Positions 36,355 to 45,298 of a stretch of 64,000 bases of DNA are shown in pieces. The translations under genes and the position numbers were made by a program. The stretch comes from Eubacteriales bacterium (GTDB taxonomy: Bacteria > Bacillota > Clostridia > Oscillospirales > JAAYXM01): contig JAZSOS010000049.1 of NCBI GenBank assembly GCA_045537045.1, positions 18,143 to 82,142 of the forward strand, written 5' to 3'. Positions within the stretch are counted from its first letter, which is position 1, and every line of letters starts with the position of its first letter. The notes under the pieces were generated by a model. The model saw nothing but the letters and a program-made list of their open reading frames with translations. It was not told where the DNA came from and ran no database searches.

Positions 36355-36807
36355 ATGGATAAGATTAATTACAAAGGAACAAGCCTTACAGAGCTTATAA
36401 AGCTCTCACTCATTGGTGCTGAGAATTGCACAGAGAAAAACGAAGACGGCATTACGGTTATAAATTCACTGAAGAAGCAGCTTTACATAAAGACAGTTGC
36501 AGTAGGTCGACTTCTTAAGGCTGTTGACATTAAGGAAGATGAGATGATGTCTATTTCTGATTTTGATAATTGCAATATTTCAGAAAGCAATGTAGGCACC
36601 GGGAAGAATCGCTTCATTGAGGATGTAAAGGCATTCAAGGCTATGCTTGATGATGAGATTCGCAACGTTATTACCCGTGAGAATGATATTATGACTCGCA
36701 TTAATGAGGCTATCAAAACAGAAATTACACCTGAAAATATTGCGAAACTCAACGAGAGCAAAGACGAGCTGATAGAAAAGCTTGATGAAATGAAGACCGA
36801 AGCATAA
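36355..36807 (+). CDS. Hypothetical acidic protein (150 aa), in the position of a tail-assembly chaperone
   Basis: AGGAGG SD. It lies immediately upstream of the tape-measure gene. The assignment is by position only. Confidence 0.45.
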   Translation: MDKINYKGTSLTELIKLSLIGAENCTEKNEDGITVINSLKKQLYIKTVAVGRLLKAVDIKEDEMMSISDFDNCNISESNVGTGKNRFIEDVKAFKAMLDDEIRNVITRENDIMTRINEAIKTEITPENIAKLNESKDELIEKLDEMKTEA

Positions 36808-36821
36808 GAAAGGAGTGAGCC

Positions 36822-39800
36822 ATGAGCGATGATGTAATTAGGGTCAGGTTACAAATTGACCAAAACACAGCACAATCAGTTGAGGGACAAGTCAGGAATC
36901 TTGTCTCTCGACTTAATAACCAACGAATTACGCTGAGTTTCAATTCAAGCGCGATAAATAATTGTATATCGCAGTTGGAACGACTTGAACAGACCGCGCG
37001 AAGAATTCAGAATGCAAATATTAATATTAACGCGAATCTTAATGAGACTCAGCAGACATATAGATTGGAGACTGAGCGTATCAGGGCATTAAGTGAACAA
37101 CAGCGGGTAGCACAGCAAGTTGCTGTTGAGCGGGAGCGAACTCTCCGATCTGAGAACAACGCAATAAGCGCATTAACTAGAGAGAACAGAACGTTAACCG
37201 TTAATCGCAACATTACCGAAGAGGTTACAAACAATGTAAGGCACACTCACGAGCATATCAGGAGAGCGGGCGATGCGACTAATGATTTTGTGGCGCATTT
37301 AGGGCGCGGATTACAGCATTTAATCCAGTACCGGATTTTCAGTGAACTTTTAAATAAATTCTCTGAAGGTTTCCAAGAGCTTAAATCAACGGATGATGCT
37401 ATGGTGTCATTAAAAAAGGTCACTGATGAAACTGATGAAAAATACAATCAATTTCTTGATTCAGCAAGAGAAAAAGCAGATAGACTTGCCCGTTCTGTAT
37501 CAAGTGTTGTAGACCAAACTGCACGATGGGCAAAACTCGGATTTAACGTAGAGGAAGCAGCTATACTTTCCGAAACATCTTCTATCTACGCTAATGTTGG
37601 CGAAGTCTCAGATGAAACCGCCGTATCAGATATTGTTACGGCAATGAAAGCATTTAATATTGAAGCAAAAGACAGTATTCAGATTATAGATAAACTCAAC
37701 AATCTCGGCAATAAATTTGCAGTCAGCTCAGCAGGTTTGGGCGAGGGATTGTCAAAATCCGCTTCTGCTCTTAAGTTTGCAGGTAACGACATAAACCAAA
37801 CTTTGGCAATGATTACAGGTGGTACTGAAATAGTTCAGGATGCTTCAATAATGGGCAATGCCCTCAAGGTTTTAAGTATGCGTATCAGAGGAATGAAGGG
37901 CGAGCTTGAAGAACTCGGCGAGGAGTATGAAAATGTCGAGTCAATTTCTAAAATCCAAACGCAAATCCTCAACCTCACACATGGTGCGGTAAATATATTT
38001 GATGATAACGGTAACTTTAGAAGCACATATAACATTTTAGAGGATATCGCCGAAGTATGGGAGCGCATTTCACAGACAGACCAAGCGGCACTTCTCGAAA
38101 CTATAGCTGGGAAGCAAAGAGGTAATCAGATATCAGCATTAATTCAGTCGTTTCAGTCAGGACAAGCACAAAAAGCTCTTTCTGATGCTATCAACTCGAG
38201 CGGGAGCGCTCTTAAAGAACAGGAACGCTGGTTAGACAGCATCGAGGCGAAGCAACAGAAAGTATTCACCGCATGGGCTAACTACATTGCAGGGATGTCT
38301 AACGTCGAGACTATTAAAGGATCATTAGACCTGTTAGCATCTGCTATAGACGCGCTTAATGCGCCTGTAGGTCGGCTAATTAGCCAAATAATTCTTGTTA
38401 ATACGGCTCTCGCGTTAACCGGGAGATTATGGAATGGTATTCGCGCACGTTCAATCATAGCTGATACTCTCGCTGTCGGTGTCGCTGAAGGCAGTCTCGG
38501 CACTGCAATAGGATTGGTTACTGAGCAGTTAGGTAGACAAGCATTAGCTTGGATTGCTTCTCCGCTTGGAATGGCAACAGTGGCGGCAGTTGGTATATAT
38601 GCTATCGTCAAAACGGTCGATTCCCTCACCATATCGCTTGAAGAATCCCGCGAAGCACTTTCTAACTTAAAGTCGGAATATTCAAGTATAAAATCCGAAT
38701 TGCAGGGATTGAATGACGAGCTTCAAACCACCCGACAGAGACTTGCCGAGCTTGAAAGTAAGGACAAGCTTACATTTACTGAGAACGAGGAACTCGAAAC
38801 TCTCCGCAAGCAGAATAATGAACTTGAGAGACAAAATGATTTGCTTGAAATGCAAGAAAAAATCAAAGCAAAAGAAGTTAACGATAAGTTTGTTGAAACA
38901 ATGGAATCTGATGCTGGCAAGATAGAATATGCTTCTGGTAATACAAAAAGAAAAGAGACTCGTGGTGGATATGCATACGAAGTAAATGTAACAGACATTA
39001 CCGAAAAAGAGTATGCCTTTAACCAAATAAAAGAATTGTCTAAGCTGTATGCCGAAAGAGAAAAAGCGACAACAGAAGAACAAATAAAGGCAATTAATAA
39101 AAGAATAGAGACAGTCAACAAGTATATTCAAGACAAAAATAAAGAATGGTCAGAAGATGCCGAAGGTATAGAATACATTCAAAATCCAACCACAGAAGAT
39201 GATAAAAAGGTTAATGAATGGATTGACTTTATAAACGACTTCCAAGACAAAATGGCTATTGCTATGGGTGGTACAGATGCTAAAACAAATGCATTTAACC
39301 GAATAGTCGACAACTGGCAGTTTGATGAAGCATTGCAAGGACTCCAAGACTTAGGTAAGCAAGGCAAGGTTACAGCAGAAATGCTCAAAGATCCTGCGTA
39401 TGGTGACTTTATTCAAAAGCTCATTGATATAGGCTTTATATCCGGAAGAACCGACTATGATTTACAACAGGTGGCTAACGCCTTCAATGGAGTTGGACAA
39501 TCAGCTCAGGATGCGAGAAAAGAGCTTACTAAGTATGCAGAGGCGAAAAACGGTGTAATTGCCAAAAAATTAAACACTGAAGATGATATACGCCAGCTCA
39601 TAAATTTAGCGAACGCAGCGGGTGCAAGTGCGGATGCCTTAAACCGTCTTGAGATTATGCGGCAAAACCTACTCCCGGGAGCAAGCAAAGATGCAAAGCG
39701 TCGTGGTAACTATATCAAGCGCACAATTGAAAATGGTAGCTTTAATTTTGGTTTTATTCCGCTGAAGGCAGAAGATTACATAGACAATAGCGGTGGTAGT

Positions 39801-41738
39801 TCATCCGGTGACGATTCTTCCAAATCTTCTGACAAAGACAAGCCCGATAAAGCAGACCCGACAGATGCAATAATCAATCGCATAGCCGCTCCTGTCGAAG
39901 CACTTGAAAGACAGGGCGAAATCATTGATAATCAGCTTGATATGGTCGACGCCGAAAAAGAGTATGACAAGTATGTTGAACTCACAAATAAAGCTCTCGA
40001 TAATAGGCTCAAGACCATTGAAGCAAGCAAGACTGCTCAAAACGAACTCAGTAAAGAAGCACAAAAGATACGAGATAAGTATAAAGGTATAGATGTTGAC
40101 TCTTTCTTCCATGCTAACGGCGAATTTACAGAAGCATACAATAGTTATCATGATTCATTCGGCTCTAAGGCAAAACAAGAAGCCTTTGCAGACGATATGA
40201 AGATGATACAGGAGTTCAAAAAAGAATGGTTTGAGTATTACGATGACATTATGGGTCTTGAAAAGGAAGTCTTTGATTTACGCAAAGATTTACAAGATGC
40301 ACACTATGACCACCTTTCAAGTCTTATCGACCAACTCGAACGCCATGCAGACCTTCGTGAGAAACAAGCCGAGGACGACAAAGAACATTACGACTACCTT
40401 ATAGATAAAGAGCAAGCCCTTCTCGACATGAAGAAAGCACAGTTTGGTCTTGAAAATAAACTTTTGTCTGCAAGAAGAGAAGCAGAGAAAGCTCTTGCAA
40501 CATCTAAGATAGGTTCTGAATATCTCGATGAAGAAACCCGCAATCTTGTCTACAACGAAGACGATTATAAGTTAGAGATGGACAAGATAAAGGAAATCTC
40601 TGGCGAGGTAGATGGACTTACCGAAGAATATATATCCAAACTTAATAAGTTGGGTGAAGAGGAGATATATAAAGCCGAGGAAATCACGGCACAGTATGAG
40701 CGTAGACTTGCCCTCAAAGAGAAAGAACTTGAAATTGTACAGGCTGAGATTGACCTTCAGAAGAAGCAAGATGCGCTTAATAATGTTCTTGCAGAAAAGA
40801 ATATCCGACAAATAGTTGACGGCAAATGGGTATGGACACACGACACAGACCAGCTCCGTCAGGCGACTGAGGATTTAGCAGATGCGAAAGCTCAGGTAGA
40901 ACAGCTTGAACGCGAGAAAACGCAGTTGGAGTATACCAACAGCTTAAAGGCTCGAATTGGTCAGTGGCAACTTGAACAAGAAGCTATTGACAATGCAATG
41001 GAAGACCTTCATGATAAGATTGAAGAGTTTTCTACTAAGGTAGAACTCCTCAAAGACCCGCTTGATAATTTTGCAGATATTGTAAACGAGCTGACGGCTG
41101 AATTAGGTAGCATTAACATTGAAAGCTATACAAGCAGTAGTTCATCAAATGGTTCAGGTTCTTCATCCGGTTCTTCTTCAAGCTCCGGCAGATGGGGTAG
41201 CGTAGACCCAAATGCTAATGTTGGTTCTGTTGTCCAGCAGATGATGAACAACTCTACCAAATGGCACGTTTCAGACAGCGCTACCAAGGCAGAGCTTCAC
41301 GCGACAAACCAAAAGCTTGCGGCTTCAATTGGCGCGGATTATAACCCGTCAAACGGCAAATATTATCAGAATGGCAAACCGCTTTATGACAGTGGCGGTG
41401 TTCTTAAAGGACTTGGCGGAATAAAGGCAACCGAGAAAGATGAGATTGTTCTTTCTCCGAGCCTTACCGAAAAGATACTTACTCCCGAGAACAACCTTCT
41501 GTTTGATAGGTTTGCGAATAACCTTGAAACTATTTTTGATATGAATACGCTTAGACCATTGGCAGATATGTTCAATATCCCGAAACCAAATGTGGACTTC
41601 TCTAAGAATATTGCAGACAGAGCTGTAACTAATAATTACAACATGAACGGCAATGTGAATATCACGGAAGCTGATGACATTGAAGACACACTTAGAAGAC
41701 TGCTCCACACAGTACAGGCAAAATCCCTCAATAACTAA
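36822..41738 (+). CDS. Phage tail tape-measure protein (TP901-family core)
   Basis: 1638 aa. The core ...ARWAKLGFNVEEAAILSETSSIYANVGEVSD...KFAVSSAGLGEGLSKSASALKFAG...GNALKVLSMRIRG... matches my memory of the TP901 TMP core. It is followed by hydrophobic helices and more than 800 aa of coiled coil. Confidence 0.85.
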   Translation: MSDDVIRVRLQIDQNTAQSVEGQVRNLVSRLNNQRITLSFNSSAINNCISQLERLEQTARRIQNANININANLNETQQTYRLETERIRALSEQQRVAQQVAVERERTLRSENNAISALTRENRTLTVNRNITEEVTNNVRHTHEHIRRAGDATNDFVAHLGRGLQHLIQYRIFSELLNKFSEGFQELKSTDDAMVSLKKVTDETDEKYNQFLDSAREKADRLARSVSSVVDQTARWAKLGFNVEEAAILSETSSIYANVGEVSDETAVSDIVTAMKAFNIEAKDSIQIIDKLNNLGNKFAVSSAGLGEGLSKSASALKFAGNDINQTLAMITGGTEIVQDASIMGNALKVLSMRIRGMKGELEELGEEYENVESISKIQTQILNLTHGAVNIFDDNGNFRSTYNILEDIAEVWERISQTDQAALLETIAGKQRGNQISALIQSFQSGQAQKALSDAINSSGSALKEQERWLDSIEAKQQKVFTAWANYIAGMSNVETIKGSLDLLASAIDALNAPVGRLISQIILVNTALALTGRLWNGIRARSIIADTLAVGVAEGSLGTAIGLVTEQLGRQALAWIASPLGMATVAAVGIYAIVKTVDSLTISLEESREALSNLKSEYSSIKSELQGLNDELQTTRQRLAELESKDKLTFTENEELETLRKQNNELERQNDLLEMQEKIKAKEVNDKFVETMESDAGKIEYASGNTKRKETRGGYAYEVNVTDITEKEYAFNQIKELSKLYAEREKATTEEQIKAINKRIETVNKYIQDKNKEWSEDAEGIEYIQNPTTEDDKKVNEWIDFINDFQDKMAIAMGGTDAKTNAFNRIVDNWQFDEALQGLQDLGKQGKVTAEMLKDPAYGDFIQKLIDIGFISGRTDYDLQQVANAFNGVGQSAQDARKELTKYAEAKNGVIAKKLNTEDDIRQLINLANAAGASADALNRLEIMRQNLLPGASKDAKRRGNYIKRTIENGSFNFGFIPLKAEDYIDNSGGSSSGDDSSKSSDKDKPDKADPTDAIINRIAAPVEALERQGEIIDNQLDMVDAEKEYDKYVELTNKALDNRLKTIEASKTAQNELSKEAQKIRDKYKGIDVDSFFHANGEFTEAYNSYHDSFGSKAKQEAFADDMKMIQEFKKEWFEYYDDIMGLEKEVFDLRKDLQDAHYDHLSSLIDQLERHADLREKQAEDDKEHYDYLIDKEQALLDMKKAQFGLENKLLSARREAEKALATSKIGSEYLDEETRNLVYNEDDYKLEMDKIKEISGEVDGLTEEYISKLNKLGEEEIYKAEEITAQYERRLALKEKELEIVQAEIDLQKKQDALNNVLAEKNIRQIVDGKWVWTHDTDQLRQATEDLADAKAQVEQLEREKTQLEYTNSLKARIGQWQLEQEAIDNAMEDLHDKIEEFSTKVELLKDPLDNFADIVNELTAELGSINIESYTSSSSSNGSGSSSGSSSSSGRWGSVDPNANVGSVVQQMMNNSTKWHVSDSATKAELHATNQKLAASIGADYNPSNGKYYQNGKPLYDSGGVLKGLGGIKATEKDEIVLSPSLTEKILTPENNLLFDRFANNLETIFDMNTLRPLADMFNIPKPNVDFSKNIADRAVTNNYNMNGNVNITEADDIEDTLRRLLHTVQAKSLNN

Positions 41739-41804
41739 AACACGAGCGGGCGGTTTAATCGTGCCGTCCGCTCACCCAAAAAACGAAAAAGGAGAAATGA
41801 ATTA

Positions 41805-42089
41805 TTGACGAATAATATAATAAATTATAATCCGCGAAAGATTTTAGTGTTTCCGTCGGTTGGAATTTCATATAATAACGACGGTGATGCTTGTATGAAC
41901 GAGACTAATCAAAACTCACAGTACATAAGAGAAAATTCCGTTATTAACATCGAAAGATTTTTCACAACTAATAACGTAAATATAAATGACATATTAAAAA
42001 TGTATGTGGTAGAAAATTTGGACAAAAGATGTTACAATAATAATACCAATACAACTGTTGTGTCCCACACAAAGGAGGTAAATGAATGA
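41805..42089 (+). CDS. Hypothetical Asn-rich protein (94 aa) overlapping the recombinase start
   Basis: TTG start 10 nt after a GGAG SD. ATGA overlap with the recombinase gene. Confidence 0.4.
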   Translation: MTNNIINYNPRKILVFPSVGISYNNDGDACMNETNQNSQYIRENSVINIERFFTTNNVNINDILKMYVVENLDKRCYNNNTNTTVVSHTKEVNE

Positions 42090-43735
42090 GGGAACAACAG
42101 GTAAAAAAAGTTTATAGGACTGCTCTATATCTAAGACTGTCAAAAGATGATGAAGGAGCTGGGGAAAGCTCAAGTATTACAACTCAAAGAAGCATTTTAC
42201 AAGAGTATGCAGACAAACATGGATTGGTAGTTGTTGACGAGTATTCGGATGACGGGTTCTCCGGCACAAACTATGACCGACCAGAATTTAAACGCATGAT
42301 TGAGGATATTGAAAACGGTAAGATAAACTGTGTCCTTACAAAAGACCTATCGCGGTTAGGGAGAAACAGTGCACGAACAACAGACTTACTGGATGAATAT
42401 TTCCCTGCACACAGAGTACGTTACATATCCGTTATTGATGGTTATGATTCCTTTAATCTGACAAGCGGAACATCTATGACAGCATCGTTTATGACAGTCA
42501 TGAATGAGATGTATGCGAGAGATATAAGCAACAAGATACGTACTGCGTTTAACGCAAAAATGGAACGTGGCGAATGCATAGCGAGCTTTGCACCATATGG
42601 TTATAAGAAAGATGTGGAGCATGGCAATAAAAACCGATTAGTTATCGACTACCAAGTTGCGCATGTTGTAAAAGAAATTTTTCAAATGGCAGCAGACGGA
42701 AAAGCACCAAGCGAGATTGCAAAACACTTGAATAATAAATGTGTTGCGACTCCGGCAGTGTACCGTTGTATGTCTCGACCATATCTTAATGTTGATAACT
42801 ATACACAGCGCAAGGAATGGACTTCTGCTATGGTTTGTAAGATGCTGAAAAACGAGGTGTATTTAGGAAAGACCCTGCAAGGCAAGACTAACAAAATATC
42901 GTTCAAAAGCAAAGTAACACAAGCAAGACCAAGAAGTGAATGGATAGTGATTGAGAACACGCATGAGCCATTAATCACAGAGGAGATGTTCAACATTGTC
43001 CGAAATCGAAGTGTATCACGGCGTTGTTTGCCGACGAAAGGATTTACAAATGTTTTTGCCGGTATAGCCAAGTGTGCTGATTGCGGAAGAAATATGAGTC
43101 TTGCACCATCGAGGAAAAAGGGTACGACATATAATTTGTGTTGTGGCGGTTATAAAGCTTATGATTCCACCGAATGCAGTAATCACTTTATAAGTTATGA
43201 TTTGCTCTATGATGCCGTTCTTCAAGAGTTGCAAGGTTGGTTGGCGTTATCTCAAGATGACAAAACCAAAATAGCAAAGGAACTTGAGCAAGAGAAAATG
43301 CACCGGACAGAAAACACAGGAGCAAATCAAACAATTGCTAACATGAAAAAGAGAGTTGACGAGCTTTCTTTTTTGATGAAAAAGCTGTTTGAAAACTACA
43401 CATTTAACCGAATAAATGAAGCGATGTATGAAAAACTGTCTGCTGAATACAGTAATGAATTAACAGACCTTGAAAAAGCCATCGAAGATATCAGAGGCAA
43501 TGTTAAAGTCGAACAAGACAGAAAAGACAGATATAATAATTTCTTTTCTCTTTTGGAAGAAGTAACCGATGTCAAAGAACTGACAAAGCCACTGCTTCAA
43601 AAGTTAATTGAGCGGATAGAGATAGAGCAGGGTGAATACTACAAAGAGGAAAACGGAAAAAGGCTGAAAAGGCAGACTGTACGCATATATTATCGCTTTA
43701 TCGGATGTGTGGGAGAACAAGAAAAAACACCCTAA
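42086..43735 (+). CDS. Large serine recombinase (resolvase domain, recombinase domain, zinc ribbon, coiled coil, DUF4368-like tail)
   Basis: ALYLRLSKDDE...SITTQR catalytic region, LTKDLSRLGRN, Cys cluster CADCGRNMS...LCCGGY and C-terminal ...IERIEIEQGEYY...VRIYYRFIG. The stop lies 10 bp from the attR core. Confidence 0.9.
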   Translation: MREQQVKKVYRTALYLRLSKDDEGAGESSSITTQRSILQEYADKHGLVVVDEYSDDGFSGTNYDRPEFKRMIEDIENGKINCVLTKDLSRLGRNSARTTDLLDEYFPAHRVRYISVIDGYDSFNLTSGTSMTASFMTVMNEMYARDISNKIRTAFNAKMERGECIASFAPYGYKKDVEHGNKNRLVIDYQVAHVVKEIFQMAADGKAPSEIAKHLNNKCVATPAVYRCMSRPYLNVDNYTQRKEWTSAMVCKMLKNEVYLGKTLQGKTNKISFKSKVTQARPRSEWIVIENTHEPLITEEMFNIVRNRSVSRRCLPTKGFTNVFAGIAKCADCGRNMSLAPSRKKGTTYNLCCGGYKAYDSTECSNHFISYDLLYDAVLQELQGWLALSQDDKTKIAKELEQEKMHRTENTGANQTIANMKKRVDELSFLMKKLFENYTFNRINEAMYEKLSAEYSNELTDLEKAIEDIRGNVKVEQDRKDRYNNFFSLLEEVTDVKELTKPLLQKLIERIEIEQGEYYKEENGKRLKRQTVRIYYRFIGCVGEQEKTP

Positions 43736-43745
43736 ATTTCCATCT

Positions 43746-43750
43746 ACACG
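43746..43750. other. attR core (ACACG)
   Basis: Identical to 23377..23381. feoB-like coding sequence resumes exactly here. Confidence 0.7.
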
Positions 43751-44807
43751 TTGTCAGCCCCTGCTTTCCGCAGGCACCGCATTTTTTAAATATGCGGTCT
43801 AAGTTAAATGCAACGCGAGGGAGATATCCGAGGTCTTCCAAAAGTGTGAATAAAGGAAAGAATATTGCCATGGGCGGGAGCATTACGGAAACTACCCACG
43901 AAAGCGTGCGGTATACGCCGAAGACGAGCGCTTCGCACACCGGTGTTGGCAAGTGCAGGAAAGAAAGCAGACGGAAAATATCATCCTCAAGACCAAGCAG
44001 AAAACCGGACAAAAGTGAAGACGGGTAATTTGCACCCTCAATTGTCAGCCAGAATATTCCGAGAAGCATCAGGAGCATTATTGGAAATCCCAAAAGCTTG
44101 CTTGTAAGGATTTTATCTGCAAATCGTTCGCGGTACGAATAGCTACCAGAGTCCGGTTTCTTTACCGAAAGGCTGTAAATACGTTCGGCTTCACACGTAA
44201 GCTCTTCTGCCGAGTGGAAAGGAGTACGCTTGTGCGGCAAAGGGTCTGAAATAGCGGATTCTATGGTATCGAGAAGAGCATCAAGTCCCTTGCCGTCACG
44301 AGCGCGGGTTGCAACGACGGGAAGCGAAAGCTCCCGGGAGAGAGCGTCAAGGTCAATTTCTATTTTCTTCTTTTTTGCCTCGTCCATAAGATTTACGCAT
44401 ACAATTACGTTTTCGGCAATTTCTGCAGTTTGCAGAACAAGAATAAGATTGCGCTCGAGGCACGTTGCATCACAGACTACGACAACGGCATCGGAGAGAC
44501 CGGAATACAAGAAATCACGCGCCACCTCTTCCTCGGCAGAGGAAGGAGAGAGCGAGTATGTACCCGGAATATCGATGAGTACATAGCCGTGTCCGTTTCT
44601 TTCACAGAAGCCTTGCGCATTTGTCACGGTTTTGCCAGGCCAGTTACCGGTGTGCTGGCGCAGTCCCGTCAGCTCGTTAAAAACCGTGCTTTTGCCGACG
44701 TATGGGTTTCCGGCAAGTGCAATTATGCGGTCGTTCGGGTTTCGTTTTTTTATAGTAAGCGTACTGTCCGCGGCACCTTTGCCCACGGAGTCACGGGTAA
44801 GTCCCAA
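43746..44807 (-). pseudogene. feoB: feoB 5' fragment (G domain, helical domain and first membrane segments)
   Basis: G1 motif GNPYVGKST, then DIPGTYSL. The FeoB-like sequence ends ...RIFKKCGACGKQGLTTC. The ORF then reads 13 element-derived codons to a stop at 43698. Confidence 0.85.
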
Positions 44808-44813
44808 TTAAAA

Positions 44814-45053
44814 TCACTCCATCCTTTCAATGAGAACATATTTTGCATCATCCCGGCGCAAGGCAATAAGTGCGCCGCGTATAAGATATGCCACAGGGTC
44901 TCCGAGCGGGCTTTTCATAATACATTCCACTCTTGTCCCTTTAATCAGTCCGAGGTCGCGCAGACGCCCATAGATACTGCTTTCCTCCGACAGGGAAAAG
45001 ACGTGTCCGGTTTGCCCCGGAAGCATATCACAAAGACGGATTTTTCCGTGCAT
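44814..45053 (-). CDS. feoA: FeoA family protein
   Basis: 79-aa SH3-like FeoA pattern (...LRDLGLIKGTRVECI...GDPVAYLIRGALIALRRDDA) directly upstream of feoB. Confidence 0.85.
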   Translation of the reverse strand: MHGKIRLCDMLPGQTGHVFSLSEESSIYGRLRDLGLIKGTRVECIMKSPLGDPVAYLIRGALIALRRDDAKYVLIERME

Positions 45054-45199
45054 GATCAGTTCACTCCCGAAATGTGGTTTTTCATTTTACCTTATGCCCG
45101 AAAAGGACGTGGCGTTACACGAAATCACAGTGTACATAACCTCCAAACAACACTTATTAAAAATAAAAACGCTTTTTTACGGTTTTTGAAAAATATTTC

Positions 45200-45228
45200 T
45201 TGCAAAATGATGTAAAAATTGATAGAAT
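45200..45228 (+). promoter_or_regulatory. Promoter candidate for smc (TTGCAA-17-TAGAAT)
   Basis: TTGCAA at 45200..45205, a 17-nt spacer and TAGAAT at 45223..45228. Confidence 0.5.
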
Positions 45229-45298
45229 ATACTAGTATGATTGTGTACGTATAAAATTAATTTTGCATTTTACACTTATAAAAAGGGAGGTGGATTGT

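Larger units (their letters stand above)
23377..43750. mobile_element. Integrated element of about 20.4 kb inserted in feoB, carrying a large serine recombinase. Phage-related but lacking virion genes.
   Basis: It is bounded by duplicated ACACG cores and both flanks are halves of one gene. It looks AT-richer than the flanks by eye. It carries the recombinase, TA modules, phage- and MGE-type regulators and a tape-measure gene. Confidence 0.85.

Noticed and set aside
35886-36822. Possible G/GT-type programmed -1 frameshift in tail-chaperone genes upstream of the tape-measure gene
   Set aside because: The two ORFs are separated by 19 nt, and the second has its own AGGAGG SD. It is in the +1 frame, not the -1 frame, relative to the first. 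No slippery heptamer was seen.
45054-45240. Fur box in the feoA/smc intergenic region
   Set aside because: AT-rich stretches such as TTGATAGAATATACTAGTATGATT only partly resemble the 7-1-7 TGATAAT-N-ATTATCA consensus, and they overlap the smc promoter candidate. This cannot be called by eye.
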